A model generated the notes under the pieces. The model was not told the DNA's origin and ran no database searches. It was given only the letters and a program-made list of their open reading frames with translations. The position numbers and the translations under genes were made by a program. Source: Eledone cirrhosa (Eukaryota). Taken from it: 64,000 bases of DNA. Below, in pieces: positions 1-17,891 of this stretch (position 1 is its first letter; every line of letters begins with the position of its first letter). The DNA is taken from contig OZ024755.1 in NCBI GenBank assembly GCA_964016885.1, forward strand, positions 14,756,001 through 14,820,000, written 5' to 3'.

Positions 1-963
1 TCCGTCAACGCCGCATGTCACTACGGTGCTCCTACAACTCCATCAGTAAATACGGGATCATACCATACCAAACCATACCATACTACAGTATTATAAAGAC
101 GTACGGCCAAAAGTATAAACTTACATAAACAAATATACCTACTCAAGACATACATACAGAATCATTCAATCACAGGCTACATCAGTTTATTCTAGATAGT
201 CATAAATGTGTGAAATTGTTATGGCCACCTAGAACTAAAATAACTTTCAATATGTCTATGAAATGATGTGCAGCAGTTACAATGGTCTTTGAATACGTTT
301 CCAAGTGCGGTTGTAGGAATAAGTACTTTTAATATATATTACATGTCATTTTGTCGTCCAGGTAGGATTCTGTCCATCAATATCAATATATATCATATAT
401 ATTATATTCTCTCACATGTGTGCTACTATGACTATGATCTCCATATTGGAATCCCACACACACGCAGACACACATATACACACATATAGATATGTTTATA
501 TATGTGTATATAACACACACACACACACACACATATATATATGATTGAAAGGAGTGAAAGAAAGAGGAGAGACAGAGAGCGGTGGGAGTGAATGATAAAG
601 AGTGAGACAGAAACGGTATATGATAAATCAAATATTCACTATTATAATCTTCACATATTTCTCTTTGGATGTCAGATATTCATAAACAGCTGCGCACAGG
701 AAGACGTTCCTTCCATTTATGGAATAGCATAATTTTATACTATACTCACTATAAAACATAATAAATTCTCTCAAACACATACTAATCTTTTCTCTAATGC
801 ACACTCATATAAGTTATATCTGCTATAAATGACATTTGATACATCGATCCTATATTAAACAACATAAATCTATCAGGTATTTCCCCTGATAGATATGCTA
901 CGGGAATATATCATATCACACACACACACATATATATATGTACATATATACACACATATATAT

Positions 964-1017
<54 letters not shown>

Positions 1018-1404
1018 GATAGATAGATATATAACAAATATATATGTATATATATATAAAATATATATATATTATTATTACTATATATATCTACACACAC
1101 ACACACTTGATATCCACTTTATAACAGTTTACACTTGATTTAGCTACAGCTACCTCCCTTCCCAGGAGCGAGAAATTCTATTTTATCTTCTATAGATATC
1201 ACTGCAATATATATTTTTTACTGTCAGGTGCCAACACAATAGTTATTTTCTCTAACTGCTTCGTTCATTTTATACATTAATTCGAATAGATAGAAAACCC
1301 ACACCATAGCGCATTTTTAGTTAAGTGTAATCCTAGTATATATTTTGCTACTGCAGATTACGCATCAAGACTGCTCGTCTATGTTTCATCCTAATGTACA
1401 ATTG

Positions 1405-1590
1405 AAATACTGGGGTCGATTTAATCGGCTTTCTCCTCCCGCTCAATTCCTGGTATTTTGTTTAAATTAGAAATCATTATTGAAGATTTCCCTTTTGTAT
1501 AACCTTTCCTTTCTGGCTGTATCGGTAGAGCACCCGACAATGTGATTTGTATTATAGCGTTACGTCCCTTTACGCTCTGAGTCCCAAACC
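1405..1590 (+). mobile_element. Degraded tRNA-derived SINE fragments (body piece ~1405-1480, head piece ~1514-1590)
   Basis: ctggggtcgatttaatcg and ggctgtatcggtagag...ctgagtcccaaa match the SINE copies at 5205-5398, 46017-46203 and 54127-54302. Confidence 0.6.
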
Positions 1591-1780
1591 CATTGATTTG
1601 ATGCTAAAAGGGGTCCAAGTTGTCGACATCCCCCTGGTGGGCCCTGGAAACTGATCACGATCAGGCAAACGACAACACCGCGAGACAGCAGGATGATAAT
1701 ATATAACTTAAAAAGAAGAGAAACAATGACAACAAGAAAATCAATGACGAGAAAAGCTAAATACAAATAAATAACACACA

Positions 1781-1811
<31 letters not shown>

Positions 1812-2384
1812 AATGACCCCCAACTCCCAAATATTACGCTTCCTCTATGACCCGAAAGTAATTCTGCTTTGCGGAAAGATTTGTTAACTGTCTACAAGGA
1901 GCAAGTGTGATCAATATTGGAGTACTACTAATATTTCTGGGCTGGTGCAACTGCTATACTAGCCCAGAAATACTATTGTGCAACCGCTTCAAAACAATTG
2001 TGACTGCATTCTACCTCCAAGGAAGCAAACATAAGAACAACATCAACAACCTTTCGGTTTAAAGAATAATTTATTAGATTCCTTTTAACCGTGAATAATT
2101 CAAAGGAAATCGTTTGATCTACTATGCAATTCTTCCGTATTCTTCCCTAATCCATTCCTTATACCTTTGCTATCACATCATTCCTAAATCTCGCACCTTT
2201 CATGCATCACTGAGTTTCATCTCCAGCTGCAGATATTATTTCTGATTTAGCTAATCATTCGCCAATCATCGGCCCAGTACTTTATCATTACTCCCCCGTC
2301 ATAGAAAGCTAGGAAAAGTTATTAACGTAAATTGCTTTAACTTGTAATAATTTACTGATAACACCTACACGGCCATGTTACATA

Positions 2385-2462
2385 GCACGCAATGTACGCA
2401 TTGCACCCTATGCACGCATTGCACCCTATTGTACGCTATGTACTCACTGCGCCCTATGCACG
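2385..2462. repeat. Short degenerate tandem repeat, ~9/18-bp period (tgcacgcat/tgcacccta)
   Basis: Directly visible repeated units. Confidence 0.7.
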
Positions 2463-2699
2463 TTATAAAGATGCATCAGACGTTTAATCAAGATATAGTA
2501 TATGAAGATGTTTTCGCTTTTGACATTTTCACTATTGGTTTTATAAATCGAAAATAAAATAAGACTTTTATATATAATCACATTTACACTAAGTCAATGG
2601 TTCGAAGATTCGATTTTACATAGAAAAATTCGGCTAACAACGTATCCATTATATACTAGAATGGTAGACTGAACAGTTCATGGAATGTGATCAAGTAAG

Positions 2700-2853
2700 G
2701 TGTAATTTTTAACATAGGGTTCCAAGAACTGCAACACCGATGGAAGAAGTGTGTGGACCACACAGGGGACTATGTTGAAAAATAAACTACATTTGGCTGC
2801 ATATCATACAAGTACCGTGGTTAACCTATGAACCTCTCAGCCGACCCTTGTAT
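2700..2853 (+). mobile_element. Tc1/mariner remnant: transposase C-terminus plus right terminal inverted repeat
   Basis: 2717-2785 translates GFQELQHRWKKCVDHTGDYVEK*, the typical mariner end (L..RW.KC....GDY.E*). It is followed by the TIR-like atgaacctctcagccgacccttg-TA. Confidence 0.8.
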
Positions 2854-3360
2854 ATTGAGATAAACTAATGGCTATTCGTAAAATCGGTCATGGTAGACGT
2901 TTAATATAATTCAATCTGCTGCAGCATTTGCGTTAAGTCACACCAGAAAAGTTAACTCCTATAATCTTAATGTGTCCGCTTAACCACCTCGTTATTATAT
3001 CTATAATGGATGACACAGCTAATAATTTAGAAAATAATCAAGAAAGCTCACCCAACATAGAAATAAAACAAACTTAAACCAATCAAACTTCACCACAGAC
3101 AACATATAATTACTTAGCTAAATCATCTAAAACTAACCTTTTATCATTATATCATACTTATACTAACAAATTAATGAAAGTAGACACAATACAGTACAAT
3201 AACGCAGATAATACGTTATAACCTCAAAAACAAGACATTATTTTTGTCAAACACACACACACGTATGTATGTATATGTATGTATGAAGTCCATTACTTCT
3301 TGGTTACAATAATGTATTAATTTCTTAAACATGGAGAAAATTCTCTCTTTTTTTCTGTAG

Positions 3361-3471
3361 GAGCTAACATCGCAAATAATGTTGCCTGAACTGAGACACA
3401 AAGTATTTGAAATGAAAGAAAATCTTTCAGAAATATGTTCTTTTATAAAATGGTTCGCATCAGCCAAATAA
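3361..3471 (+). CDS. Possible terminal coding exon of an unidentified gene
   Basis: Polypyrimidine tract + AG (ttctctctttttttctgtag, 3341-3360), then open frame ELTSQIMLPELRHKVFEMKENLSEICSFIKWFASAK*. No homology recognised. Confidence 0.25.
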   Translation, partial: ELTSQIMLPELRHKVFEMKENLSEICSFIKWFASAK

Positions 3472-4561
3472 GAAATCAATAGAAATACTCTAGAAATCCC
3501 TTTTTCTAAATAACATTAGTCAAGAAGTTTGTTTCCGATAGCTTTAAATGTAGCTGATTGACAATTTAATTGTTGTATATGTATTGTAAAGTGGGTTTTC
3601 TTTTTCATTGCATTTATTTCACAAGATTCGAATGAAACATCTATAAATGTTACAATATTATGTTAATCAATGGGTTTTTTTCCTTTTCGTTTTCTCCGTC
3701 CCTATGTAGAGAGATACAGAAATAGAACGAGTGATACAGAGATAGATCGAGATTGATAGAGTGAAAGAAAGATTGTGAGAGAGAAAGAAAGAGAAAGAGT
3801 AATACTGTGACAGATCGGGATAGATGTAGAGGGTCAGAGGAAGAGATTCAGATCGAGAGAGAGAGAGAGAGAGAGGCATAACTCCAAATTTGTGTAAATT
3901 GAAACATTTTTCTAGTTTTGCCCGCAGAGAAAATCTTATTTCAATGTTCATTGGATTTATCACTGACGTCGCCCCAAACAAACAATACTTCTTTGAAAGC
4001 CTTGATTCTGAGATTCTAAATTATTTTTGTTCTTGCCTTTTTTAGTGGTATATATATACTGTATTCTTAGAACTTCAACAAACAATAATTGTCCTTATTT
4101 ATAGATCACTACATTCGGATTCTATCTTATTCATTTTAGTGATTAGTTTCTATTCTATTGTGATATATTTTGCGACAGGTCAATATAGGAATAGTGATGT
4201 GAATACAATGTTGTTACTTCTACGTTTATTTTTATATTTAAATGTAGCCTTTAGAAAATATACATCATTCTAGCCAACATTACTCTGATTCTATCAAATG
4301 CATAACAGTCAAGTGGAAGGCTATTCATCTAAGTGATGATGTTGGAGCTCCGTCGGTCTCGAGGGTGAGTTTTCTTGGTGTCTGTTTGATCGATGGGTAG
4401 GTCTACCAATGAAATTAATAAGTGAATAAGTGACTGAGTATTTACATGTAGAGTGCACATAAAGGACTTTTGAGTAACGTTACTAGATAAAATACATAGC
4501 TTGGTGACCAGTGTCGATCCAGGTAGGGCTACTACTTCAGCAAATTGAGAGATCACATCTC

Positions 4562-4822
4562 TGATATTACGGACATGCGGCTATAATGTCCCAGGAAAGA
4601 ATCGCTAGACAGATGTTACCAGCAAAATCAACCGACAAGAAACCCATGGTGAGCAAGATGGTTGGATAGCATTCATGTGCCTGGCTGGTCTCGCTGGGGG
4701 ATCCAGCCGGATCAATTGGAGACAGTTGTTTCTGACAGGACGGACTGGAAGGATTGTTTGAGGACTCTACCCCCCATGACCCTTCAGGAATAAATGGGCG
4801 AAGAATGAGAATAATAAGAAGA
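4562..4822 (+). mobile_element. RTE-type LINE 3' end remnant
   Basis: Translates YGHAAIMSQERIARQML..., then degenerate RW.D.I and DR..W motifs typical of RTE ORF C-termini; ends in a gaagaat-like tail. Confidence 0.65.
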
Positions 4823-5204
4823 CAGTATTTTCCAGGCACGTGTGGCAATGCTAAAGGGCTTCCAATAGTTTCCATCTGCCCAATTTCACGCACATGATAT
4901 GGTTTGATCTGAACTTAGATGAATACCTGATGATTTCGAAGCAAACATGTTAACCACTCAACAACTTAATAAAACATGTTACTGCAACATAAATTAAATG
5001 TTACTATAATAGAGTATTGGAGGTCTAAAGGCAATCCCTTATGAAATTGGCTTCACGAACATATATTTTAGCCTTTGAAGTAATATTATGAATTTTTAAC
5101 CTAGCACCACACAGTTTTGAGTAAGGTACTGTAAATTATATTAGCCACAGGTCTAGACTGACGTCTACTTCATCAAACACTGGATTTGAATCTGGAACGT
5201 AAAT

Positions 5205-5608
5205 AAAACAATTCTGGGCGAGCGGAAAGTCGATTAAATCGACGCCAGTACACCACGGGGACTTTATTTTATCGACCTCGAAAATCTGAATGGAAAAGCT
5301 AACTTCAGTGAGATTTGAATTCAGAACGTAATGAGCTGTAACTCTACGCCGCAAAGAATGTTATCCGACGCTCTACCCATACTGCCAATCCACCGCCCTT
5401 TGCATAAAATAAATAATATAGTTGTTTCTACATTTGGCACGAGGCCAGCAATTACCCAGTGCATTACTGGTACTTTATTTTAACGAACCCGTAGGGATGA
5501 AAGGCAAAGTTAACGTCGGCGGGATTTGAACTCAGAACGTAAAGGGATATAACTCTATGCTGTAAAGTAAGGTGCTTGATGCTCTACCGATACTGCCAAT
5601 TCACCACC
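5205..5608 (-). mobile_element. Two tandem tRNA-derived SINE copies (5205-5398, 5422-5608)
   Basis: Reverse complement has A-box-like tggcagtatcggtagag, B-box gagttcaaatc and the gcctttcatcc...ggtcgataaaataaagtacc body repeated many times in the window. Confidence 0.85.
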
Positions 5609-5989
5609 ATAAATAAATAATATAATGCGTACACAATATGTCAAGTTTAAAACCCATTTTCTAGATGTTTTATTTGTCGTGTTTAGATACATAAGTAGGA
5701 ACAAATTTTTGGTTTCACATGTATTTGGTCTATTGATAAATCCGTTGTGGAATAGACGTGAAAGGTTGCAACTAATTGACGTATGCAAACGACAAGGATC
5801 TCAATGGTAAAAGGTCAAATTTCTACATAGATCGCTAGCTAGAGGTAAACTTTTTATGCATGTCTTATGTTTTGTTGTTTCTACATACATGTATGTATTT
5901 ATGTATGGATATAAGTATGTATGTGTATGAATGCATGTATACGTGTATGTGTTATATATTTTTTATGTAACTATTTGTAAGGATCTCTC

Positions 5990-9215
<3,226 letters not shown>

Positions 9216-9869
9216 ATTTGGGTATGTATATGTGTGGGTTTGTGTGCGTATGATAGATACAAATATGTGGGCGTGTCAGCCTGTTTTTCAGGCTGATATA
9301 CTCAGCTCTCTTAGGGAGCTACGCAAACAAAAACAGATATTTGGAATCCGGGTAACTCTAGGAGTGGTTTTTTGATAATTCGACAAAACAATTGGAACTC
9401 TCGTCGTTCAGAACGACGGGTATCCTATGCACACCCGCACCCTCACACGAAGACCTATGCATTCACAAAAAACATTATCGTGTCGGTAATAATTAAGTAC
9501 TCTTCACAAACATAAGCTCCCGTTTCGAACTCAGTGCATTTTACCATAACCTCGAATCGCATCAAGCTTTCTGACTGAAATTGATTAGAAAGTATCAGTG
9601 GAGGCCTCTCAGCTCGGATGGAAGAGACCTGTAATTACGATGGCTAGCCGAAGCCCAATATGTGACTCACTGATTTTTCTCGAACATTACATTCACGGCA
9701 GATGTATATGTACGATAATCACTGACATACGATTCAGTAGATTGTGTTGTTGATTTAAGTCTCTGGATACCCATTGCCGAAAGACCAAGATCCGTATCGT
9801 TTATTCTATACAGTATACATTACAGTGCAATTAAGGTACCTACTATTGTTGTTATTGTAACTGTTGGAT

Positions 9870-10030
9870 ATCCGTCGGGTCCTACGATGAGTGACTAATT
9901 GTTTGACCAACGGAACAGCTTGCTCGTAAAACAAAGGTCCATGTGGCAAGGGAATTCTACAGACACATCACCGAGGTTCAACTTGACCCAGTGAGAGACA
10001 AAATGGAATTATGAATTACAGGATCTAAGC
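9870..10030. mobile_element. Old degraded interspersed repeat (octopus SINE-like)
   Basis: ggaacagcttgctcgtaaa...tgtggc...acagacac resembles a common octopus repeat as I recall it; not verifiable within the window. Confidence 0.35.
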
Positions 10031-11519
10031 CACGGAGCTTAACGTCTATTATTAATGTAACAATGATTGCAAATTTTATAGCATATCTCCTTAACTGAAG
10101 TGCTGCAGAATAACTCTCGAATAAGCAATGCTGTTATGTATAAATTACAATAACACTGATATTTCGCTTTCTCTCGAAGTCACCTGATCAAAACAACACA
10201 GAGAGGAAAGCATTAGACATTGATATGTATTTGATGATGTTTATTTCACGTTCTGTCTGATATTGCCAGACTATTGATAATATAAGATCTGCATGATCGC
10301 ATATTTACCTTCTGTTCTTTTTTTCTCGATAGACATCATACCTACGATCCACGTATGATCAACGCTTGATCAACCTTTGATTCCTGAGCAGAGCAGCGCA
10401 TATATCAACCGATAGAAAATAATTCATTTGATCTTTTTAGTAAAATCAATATGCCTTTAGATATGTTCATACATTAGGTTATAAAACCTGCACAAGTTAC
10501 AAAAAGAATACTCGTGTCTATAGATCGCTGTTGGTAGATGCTTACGTTATGATTCGTACCGTTTAATTCCCCAGGGTTGTTAAAATACGGCATTTTTAAT
10601 ATACCTTATGCTAGAACTTATATGCATAGGACAGTTTAATCGCTTTATTTTATTTTCCGATGACTGAAAGCAAAATTGAAAACACAGACAAACTGTTATT
10701 GAGGTCGCAAATATCTTAAGAAATCACTTGGAAGGAATATATTTCAATATAAAACAATTTTGTTAGCAGAAGAGGAATATAAATGACACCGTAAAATTAT
10801 TGGGACAGAAATAAACGGTGATATGTTGCCCTATAATTGTTTTGTAATTATGAGATATGAATGAAAACAGACATTTTAATGAGCAATTGTTCGTTTGTTC
10901 GTTACTATACTTCACCATATGTATCTTTCCAACTAGAACTCATATTTAGTTTTCTATTGTTGTGTAGATTCATGTCTGGCCAGTTCTAGAAACATATGAT
11001 CAAAGGCGTCAGCCAATATTGTCTCGACTTTATTGATACTGAATGTATCTAGGCCACATCAATTGTACTTTTATTTATGTATGGCATGAGTGGCACGTGG
11101 TTGCTAATTTTAGCAGGTGAAGTGACTATGTAGAAGTTCTCTAGTTGGCCGTGTCATCCCTATACATTTCATCCATTCGTTGTATTGGAATTATGGCGTT
11201 CAGAATTGGCTCCCTATCGACGTGTGTATTACAGAATTCGACAATGAACGCTTATTCAATGGACATTAAACACTAAAAATGAAGAGTACAGTAATTCTTT
11301 CTTGAACTAAAGCTTAAAGAATAACTGCTTGACCCTGGGCGTGCTGGATGTGCTATCTTATGTTGTTCACTTTACGGCACACAGACTTGATATATTTATA
11401 TATATATTCTGAGGAAAAAGGGTGCAGTGACATCGAACGTTTAGCGTTGCCTCTTACTTACAAACACACAAATTCACACATACACATATATCTATACATT
11501 CTCTCTCTCTCTTCATATA

Positions 11520-11560
<41 letters not shown>

Positions 11561-11577
11561 ATATACATCTCTCTCTC

Positions 11578-11613
<36 letters not shown>

Positions 11614-11926
11614 CACACGATACTGGTTTGTTTGGGCTTGCGTATTATTGGGCTGGTGTGGTGAACGATGTTTTTTTAAAAAAAGTACATTGGAAATAGA
11701 TAAACCACCATGTAATCAGTGTTTATTTAGTTATTTGTATAGTTATTGCATAATTTATTTTGCATGATGCTTTCAGGAGAACCAGATCAAGGATATTAGA
11801 GATAAACAAACATTTAAAATAACACAACTTCTGTTTAAATATTGTGATATCATACAAACGCCTTAAAGAGATAAGCGGAAACATGGCGGATAATGTTGGA
11901 AAAATATTATATGTGTGTGTGTGTGA

Positions 11927-11972
<46 letters not shown>

Positions 11973-13167
11973 CACACACATATATATACATATATACATA
12001 TATATATGGACAGTGATAGAGATAGAGCGAGAGAGAAAGGAAATTATTAGTTATCTATCAACGTTTCGTTTGATAATTCGAGCGTGCTTTTCTCTTACGT
12101 CGAAAGTCTACATAAGAATAATTTACATTTCTTTCAGTTTTGACAAAGTCAGTCAAGCGTGTATATCTTTCAAATTAACATGGATCAATTCGAGCTTTAG
12201 TGAAGCAAAACGAAAATAGCAGAAAAAAATGTTATGCAATTTGTTTGGATTGAAAGTTATTCGAAATTTGTTTGGAGGAGAAAAAAAAAGATATTGACTA
12301 TTTATACTCCAATATTCCAATATCAATGTACACAAATAAGAAGAGAAACATATCAGGCAAATTCAACCGATACGTTGGAGGAAGATCTATGTCTATAATA
12401 ACACACATGTTAAAATGAACTTCTCTAAACGGCATGTTTGTTATAGGATATATTAATAAATGTAAGAAGTTGACCTTGGAATAGTTATGTCAATAAGAAT
12501 CAATTGCTGTGTACAAAAACAAAACATCAGCTTTGAAAAGAATGAACGAATGTGACGCCAGTTGCTGATGAATAAACCGACATAAACGTTTATACTACTG
12601 AGAAATAGCTTGTAATAACATCAACGACCCCTTACGACCGCCTTCAGCGCAGCTGACATGCTCATCTTGTTCTCTTTCTATTTGACCAATCTAAATACAC
12701 AATACATCGTTTTTGAACAACGTATCACGACCTTATCAAGTTATAGAGAAGAATACTCTGAGAATGCTGCAGCCAGCACAATGCCTATTTAATTGAAAAT
12801 CCGACATAAGATTGGTATTAATTATTGATTAATTTCCTTTCATTATTTGTCTACTTCCCACATTCTCCAAAGCTCATTATTTAGTTAGTCCCATTTTACA
12901 GCACTTTCGTGTATGAAATTAACTCATCTGTACAGAAATTAATATTATATTTTATCACAGTCACATTTGTTTGAGTCTGCGTCATTTGACTAAGTAAATA
13001 TAAAGAAAATAGCAAGTTAATCAAGTCTAGAATAAAATTTACATTATAAAAATATCCAGATGTGAAAATAATAAGTTAATCAGAGACTGTTTGTCTCTAT
13101 GAATCTCGAAATTTCCATCATAAGTTATTTTCTATTAGATTCACGTTTGTTCCAATATATATGTTAA

Positions 13168-13201
<34 letters not shown>

Positions 13202-13209
<8 letters not shown>

Positions 13210-13385
13210 GAGCTACAGACTAGAACTCTTTCATTCGTGAGAAATCATCAGAGCTACCTGATGATTTTTCACGAATGAAACAGTTCTAGTCCTGTAGAAG
13301 CTCTTCTATATTAAAACTTTTATACTCTGCTATGTATTGAGTACCTTACTTACTGTGGTTACCTCCGATTCAACCCGGAATAACT
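13202..13385 (+). mobile_element. Fold-back PLE-terminus-like element in (TA)n: arms 13202-13251 / 13258-13311, tail 13312-13385
   Basis: Imperfect inverted repeat around agctac; hammerhead motif in the sense arm; (TA)n on both sides. Confidence 0.75.
13250..13304 (+). ncRNA. Type I hammerhead ribozyme motif
   Basis: agagctac CTGATGA tttttcacgaat GAAA cag-ttctagtc-ctg TA gaagctct: intact core, stem III cag/ctg, GUA triplet, stem I agagct/agctct; stem II is weak. Confidence 0.7.
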
Positions 13386-13794
13386 TATATATATATATAA
13401 ATGTATATACATGTGTATGCATACCTGCATATATGTGTATATAAATATATATTATATATATTTGTGTGTATTTATATATATATTATATATATATGTGTAT
13501 TTATATATATATTATATATATATAAATACACATATATATAATATATATATAAATACACACAAATATATATAATATATATTTATTTATAATATATATATAT
13601 ATATATGTGTATTTATATATATTATATATATATATATATATGTGTATTTATATATATATTATATATATATATGTGTATTTATTTATATATATATATTATA
13701 TATATGTGTATTTATATATATATATATATATTATATATATATATATGTGTATTTATATATATATATATATTATATATATATATATATGTGTATT

Positions 13795-13827
<33 letters not shown>

Positions 13828-14040
13828 GTATTTATATATATACATATATATATATATGTGTTTATTTATATATATTATATTATATATTATATATATATAT
13901 GTGTGTATTAATATATTATATTATATATTATATTATATTATATATATTATATATATATATATATATATTATATATTATATTATATATATATATTATATAT
14001 TATATATATATATATATATGTGTATTAATATATTATATTA
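13386..14040. repeat. TA-rich minisatellite (tatgtgtattt(at)n units) with an internal palindrome at ~13441-13580
   Basis: Direct inspection. Confidence 0.9.
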
Positions 14041-14229
14041 CGAGGTGCGTGTTTTTATTCATGTACAAACTATTGAATGGCCTTTGTTTCTTATCAGATA
14101 CTCCACAGTTTGAGGGGTCTTGTTTTTTACATCACGTAGAGTATCCAAAATTCCCTTGATCACCAGGCGAGCTTTGTGAGGTTGCTGGTTTAGTTGCTTG
14201 GAATCTAAACTTGGAACAGGTTGTTCGTT

Positions 14230-14730
14230 ATTTTTATCGGTAGGAGAAAGCCGATTAAATCAACCTTGTTACTGGTAATTTATTTTATTGACCCAGTAAG
14301 GATGAAAGACAAAGCTAACATCGGTGGGATTTGAACTCAGAGCTTAGAGAACCGTATCACTATGTTGCAAATCATGTTGATCGATGCTCAACCGACATAT
14401 AATAATTGTTTCTACTTTAGGCACAAGGCCAGCAATTACCCAGTGCATTACTGATAATTTATTTTATCGACCCTGTAAGGATGAAAGGCAAAGTCAATCT
14501 CGGCGGGAGTTGAACTCAGATCGTAAATGATTTCTAGTATCGGCACAAGGCCAGTAATTTGAAGGGGTGGGGGAAGTCGATTAAATCGACCCCAGTGCAT
14601 TAAGGTGCTTTAGTTTATCGACCCCTAAGGATGAAAGGCAAAGTTAACCTCGGTGGGATTCGAACTCAGACCGTAAATGGCAGTAACTCTATGCTACAAA
14701 GCACGGCGTCCATCCACCACCCAATCAACC
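14230..14730 (-). mobile_element. Three tandem partial SINE copies
   Basis: Three repeats of ttatcgaccc..aaggatgaaaggcaaagttaacctcgg.gggatt.gaactcag. Confidence 0.85.
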
Positions 14731-15577
14731 GACATATAATAGTAAATACATATTTCTCTCTCTCTCTCTCTCTCTCTCTGTCATGCATACATGCACACGT
14801 GTGTGTGTATATACACGCACACACACACACACACCGAATGTAAAATATTCACAGATAATAAAGAAGCAGATATGGGCAAGTGAGGAAGAGAGAGAGTGGG
14901 GGGGGGGTACACAGAGAGCTAGACAGCATATGTGTTATCGAAAATACTACTTAGGAGAGATAGATCCCTATATTTATTTCCTCGTCTTTTAATATTTTCT
15001 CTGGTCTTATTAAACAAAACAAATTAATGTCAGGCGCCAAATCTTATTTTAGTTTAAGGCCTAGAATTGTCAAAGCAATTTATGTATTGTTAGATATAAT
15101 ATGTTTGAGCAAAATATCAGAGCGGTGCAATATTCTTGGGAGATGTTGTGATATGAAAATATGATGAGAATCTAAAATATAATCAGATATTTGCGTATGA
15201 TAATTGGTATACGCAATGGTTATTATCGAATATAAAATAGTTGCAATTCGTGAGGGATTAGTGACCGGATACCCTTTCTACTTAATATATTGAGAGAACA
15301 ATAATCAGCTCATTTCGAAAATAAGTATTTGTTAATATGATGGTCATACGCACATATGGCCAACTCACAATAACAAGATGCGCTTTCAGGTAATAAATGT
15401 GTGCCTGTTTATGTAAGTTATGTAACCGAAGCAAAGGTTACGGTATTAAGAAAGGGAAGAAATGTGTGTGGAGCAGCCGTACAATACAGGAGACATAGTT
15501 AAAAACCTATATGAAAGCAGATCATAAACAGAACGAGAAAATGAGAAAACGAGAGATTGATGGAACGGGAGAGATCA

Positions 15578-15614
<37 letters not shown>

Positions 15615-16257
15615 TAGTTCTTCCACACGGTTATATTTAGAATATTTCATGTCAGCATGATTGTAGATTTGTCACCGCTGCACGTTGCACAGGGTAAGAG
15701 CTTTCAACAAAAGCGTTAAGATTGAAAATGCGTAAACATGTGTATGCGGATCAGAGCAAGAGTTTCTGTTACACACATATACAGACTAACACACAGAAAA
15801 AAGATATTCTCACGCACAGACAAACACATTCACATGCTCACCCCCTCCCCACACACACATATATATACGTATATACAGATATATATATATATTTATATAC
15901 ATATATATTATATATATACAGATATTTCATATAATCTTCACATATGTAGGCTATTCTTTCGTCTCATTTCACACCTCTACTAATATCTATTATAAATAAT
16001 CTAACAAGTCTCCATCAATCGGTTATGGTATATCTAGAGAATACAGCTGTATTGCAATATGTAGGTATATAATCAATTAAGCAATAATATACTATCTTAA
16101 AATAATGAGTATGTCAAAATAAACGAAATATTTTGCGAAATATTATACGGGAATAATAACCGCTGGGCTTTACATACATAAATCCTTCTCTGCCTGACAG
16201 ACACTGGTCTTATTAGCTTACTGTTTTGGAAATGACTTCTGTCTGATTCATACAAGC

Positions 16258-16305
16258 AAATAACACAGACACACCTAATCATGAATATTCTTTGACGTGA
16301 AAGAC

Positions 16306-16346
<41 letters not shown>

Positions 16347-16439
16347 GTATATATATATATATCTGTATATATCTATATATATCTGTATATATATATATAT
16401 CTGTATATATATATATATATCTGTATATATATATATATA

Positions 16440-16483
<44 letters not shown>

Positions 16484-16484
16484 C

Positions 16485-16523
<39 letters not shown>

Positions 16524-16565
16524 GTCTTTCACGTCAAAGAATATTCATGATTAGGTGTGTCTGTG

Positions 16566-16571
<6 letters not shown>
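16258..16571. repeat. 57-bp inverted repeat (16258-16314 / 16515-16571) enclosing a (TA)n array
   Basis: aaataacacagacacacctaatcatgaatattctttgacgtgaaagactatataaat and its exact reverse complement. Confidence 0.9.
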
Positions 16572-17474
<903 letters not shown>

Positions 17475-17891
17475 ATAATATAAGATCAAGAGATGGTTAA
17501 AGGAGTTCCATATATTTTATTATGCGCATTTCAAAAACAAACATCATCAAGCAATAATATTTGTGTTTTCATCAGATAAAACAGGAGAACATGATATGAA
17601 GGCTAAAAAACACTTGTTGATAGTGCAGTTTTAAATCAATATATATATATATTGATATGAAGGCTAAAATCAATATATATATATATTGATATGAAGGCTA
17701 AAAAACACTTGTTGATAGTGCAGTTTTAAATCAATATATATATATATATATGGAACATATAAAATATATGGAACTCCTTTAATCATCTCTTGATCTTATA
17801 TTATGCATACTCCAGTCCCACAAACTGTAGAGTGCTTCTTATCCGATATCTGCATTGCTTTATTGTACTACAATAAAACTCACCTCCTACA
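17475..17891 (+). mobile_element. Inverted-arm + tail element in (TA)n: 46-bp arms 17475-17520 / 17759-17804, tail 17805-17891
   Basis: Arms differ by 1 nt; internal duplications of gatatgaaggctaaaa...aaatcaatatat; gagtgcttct motif in the tail. Confidence 0.6.

Noticed and set aside
1932-1972. ~16-bp hairpin tatttctgggct...agcccagaaata
   Set aside because: Too short for a pre-miRNA, single copy, no supporting context.
14230-14730. CRISPR-like repeat/spacer appearance of tandem units
   Set aside because: Units are diverged SINE copies in eukaryotic DNA; no cas genes or uniform repeats.
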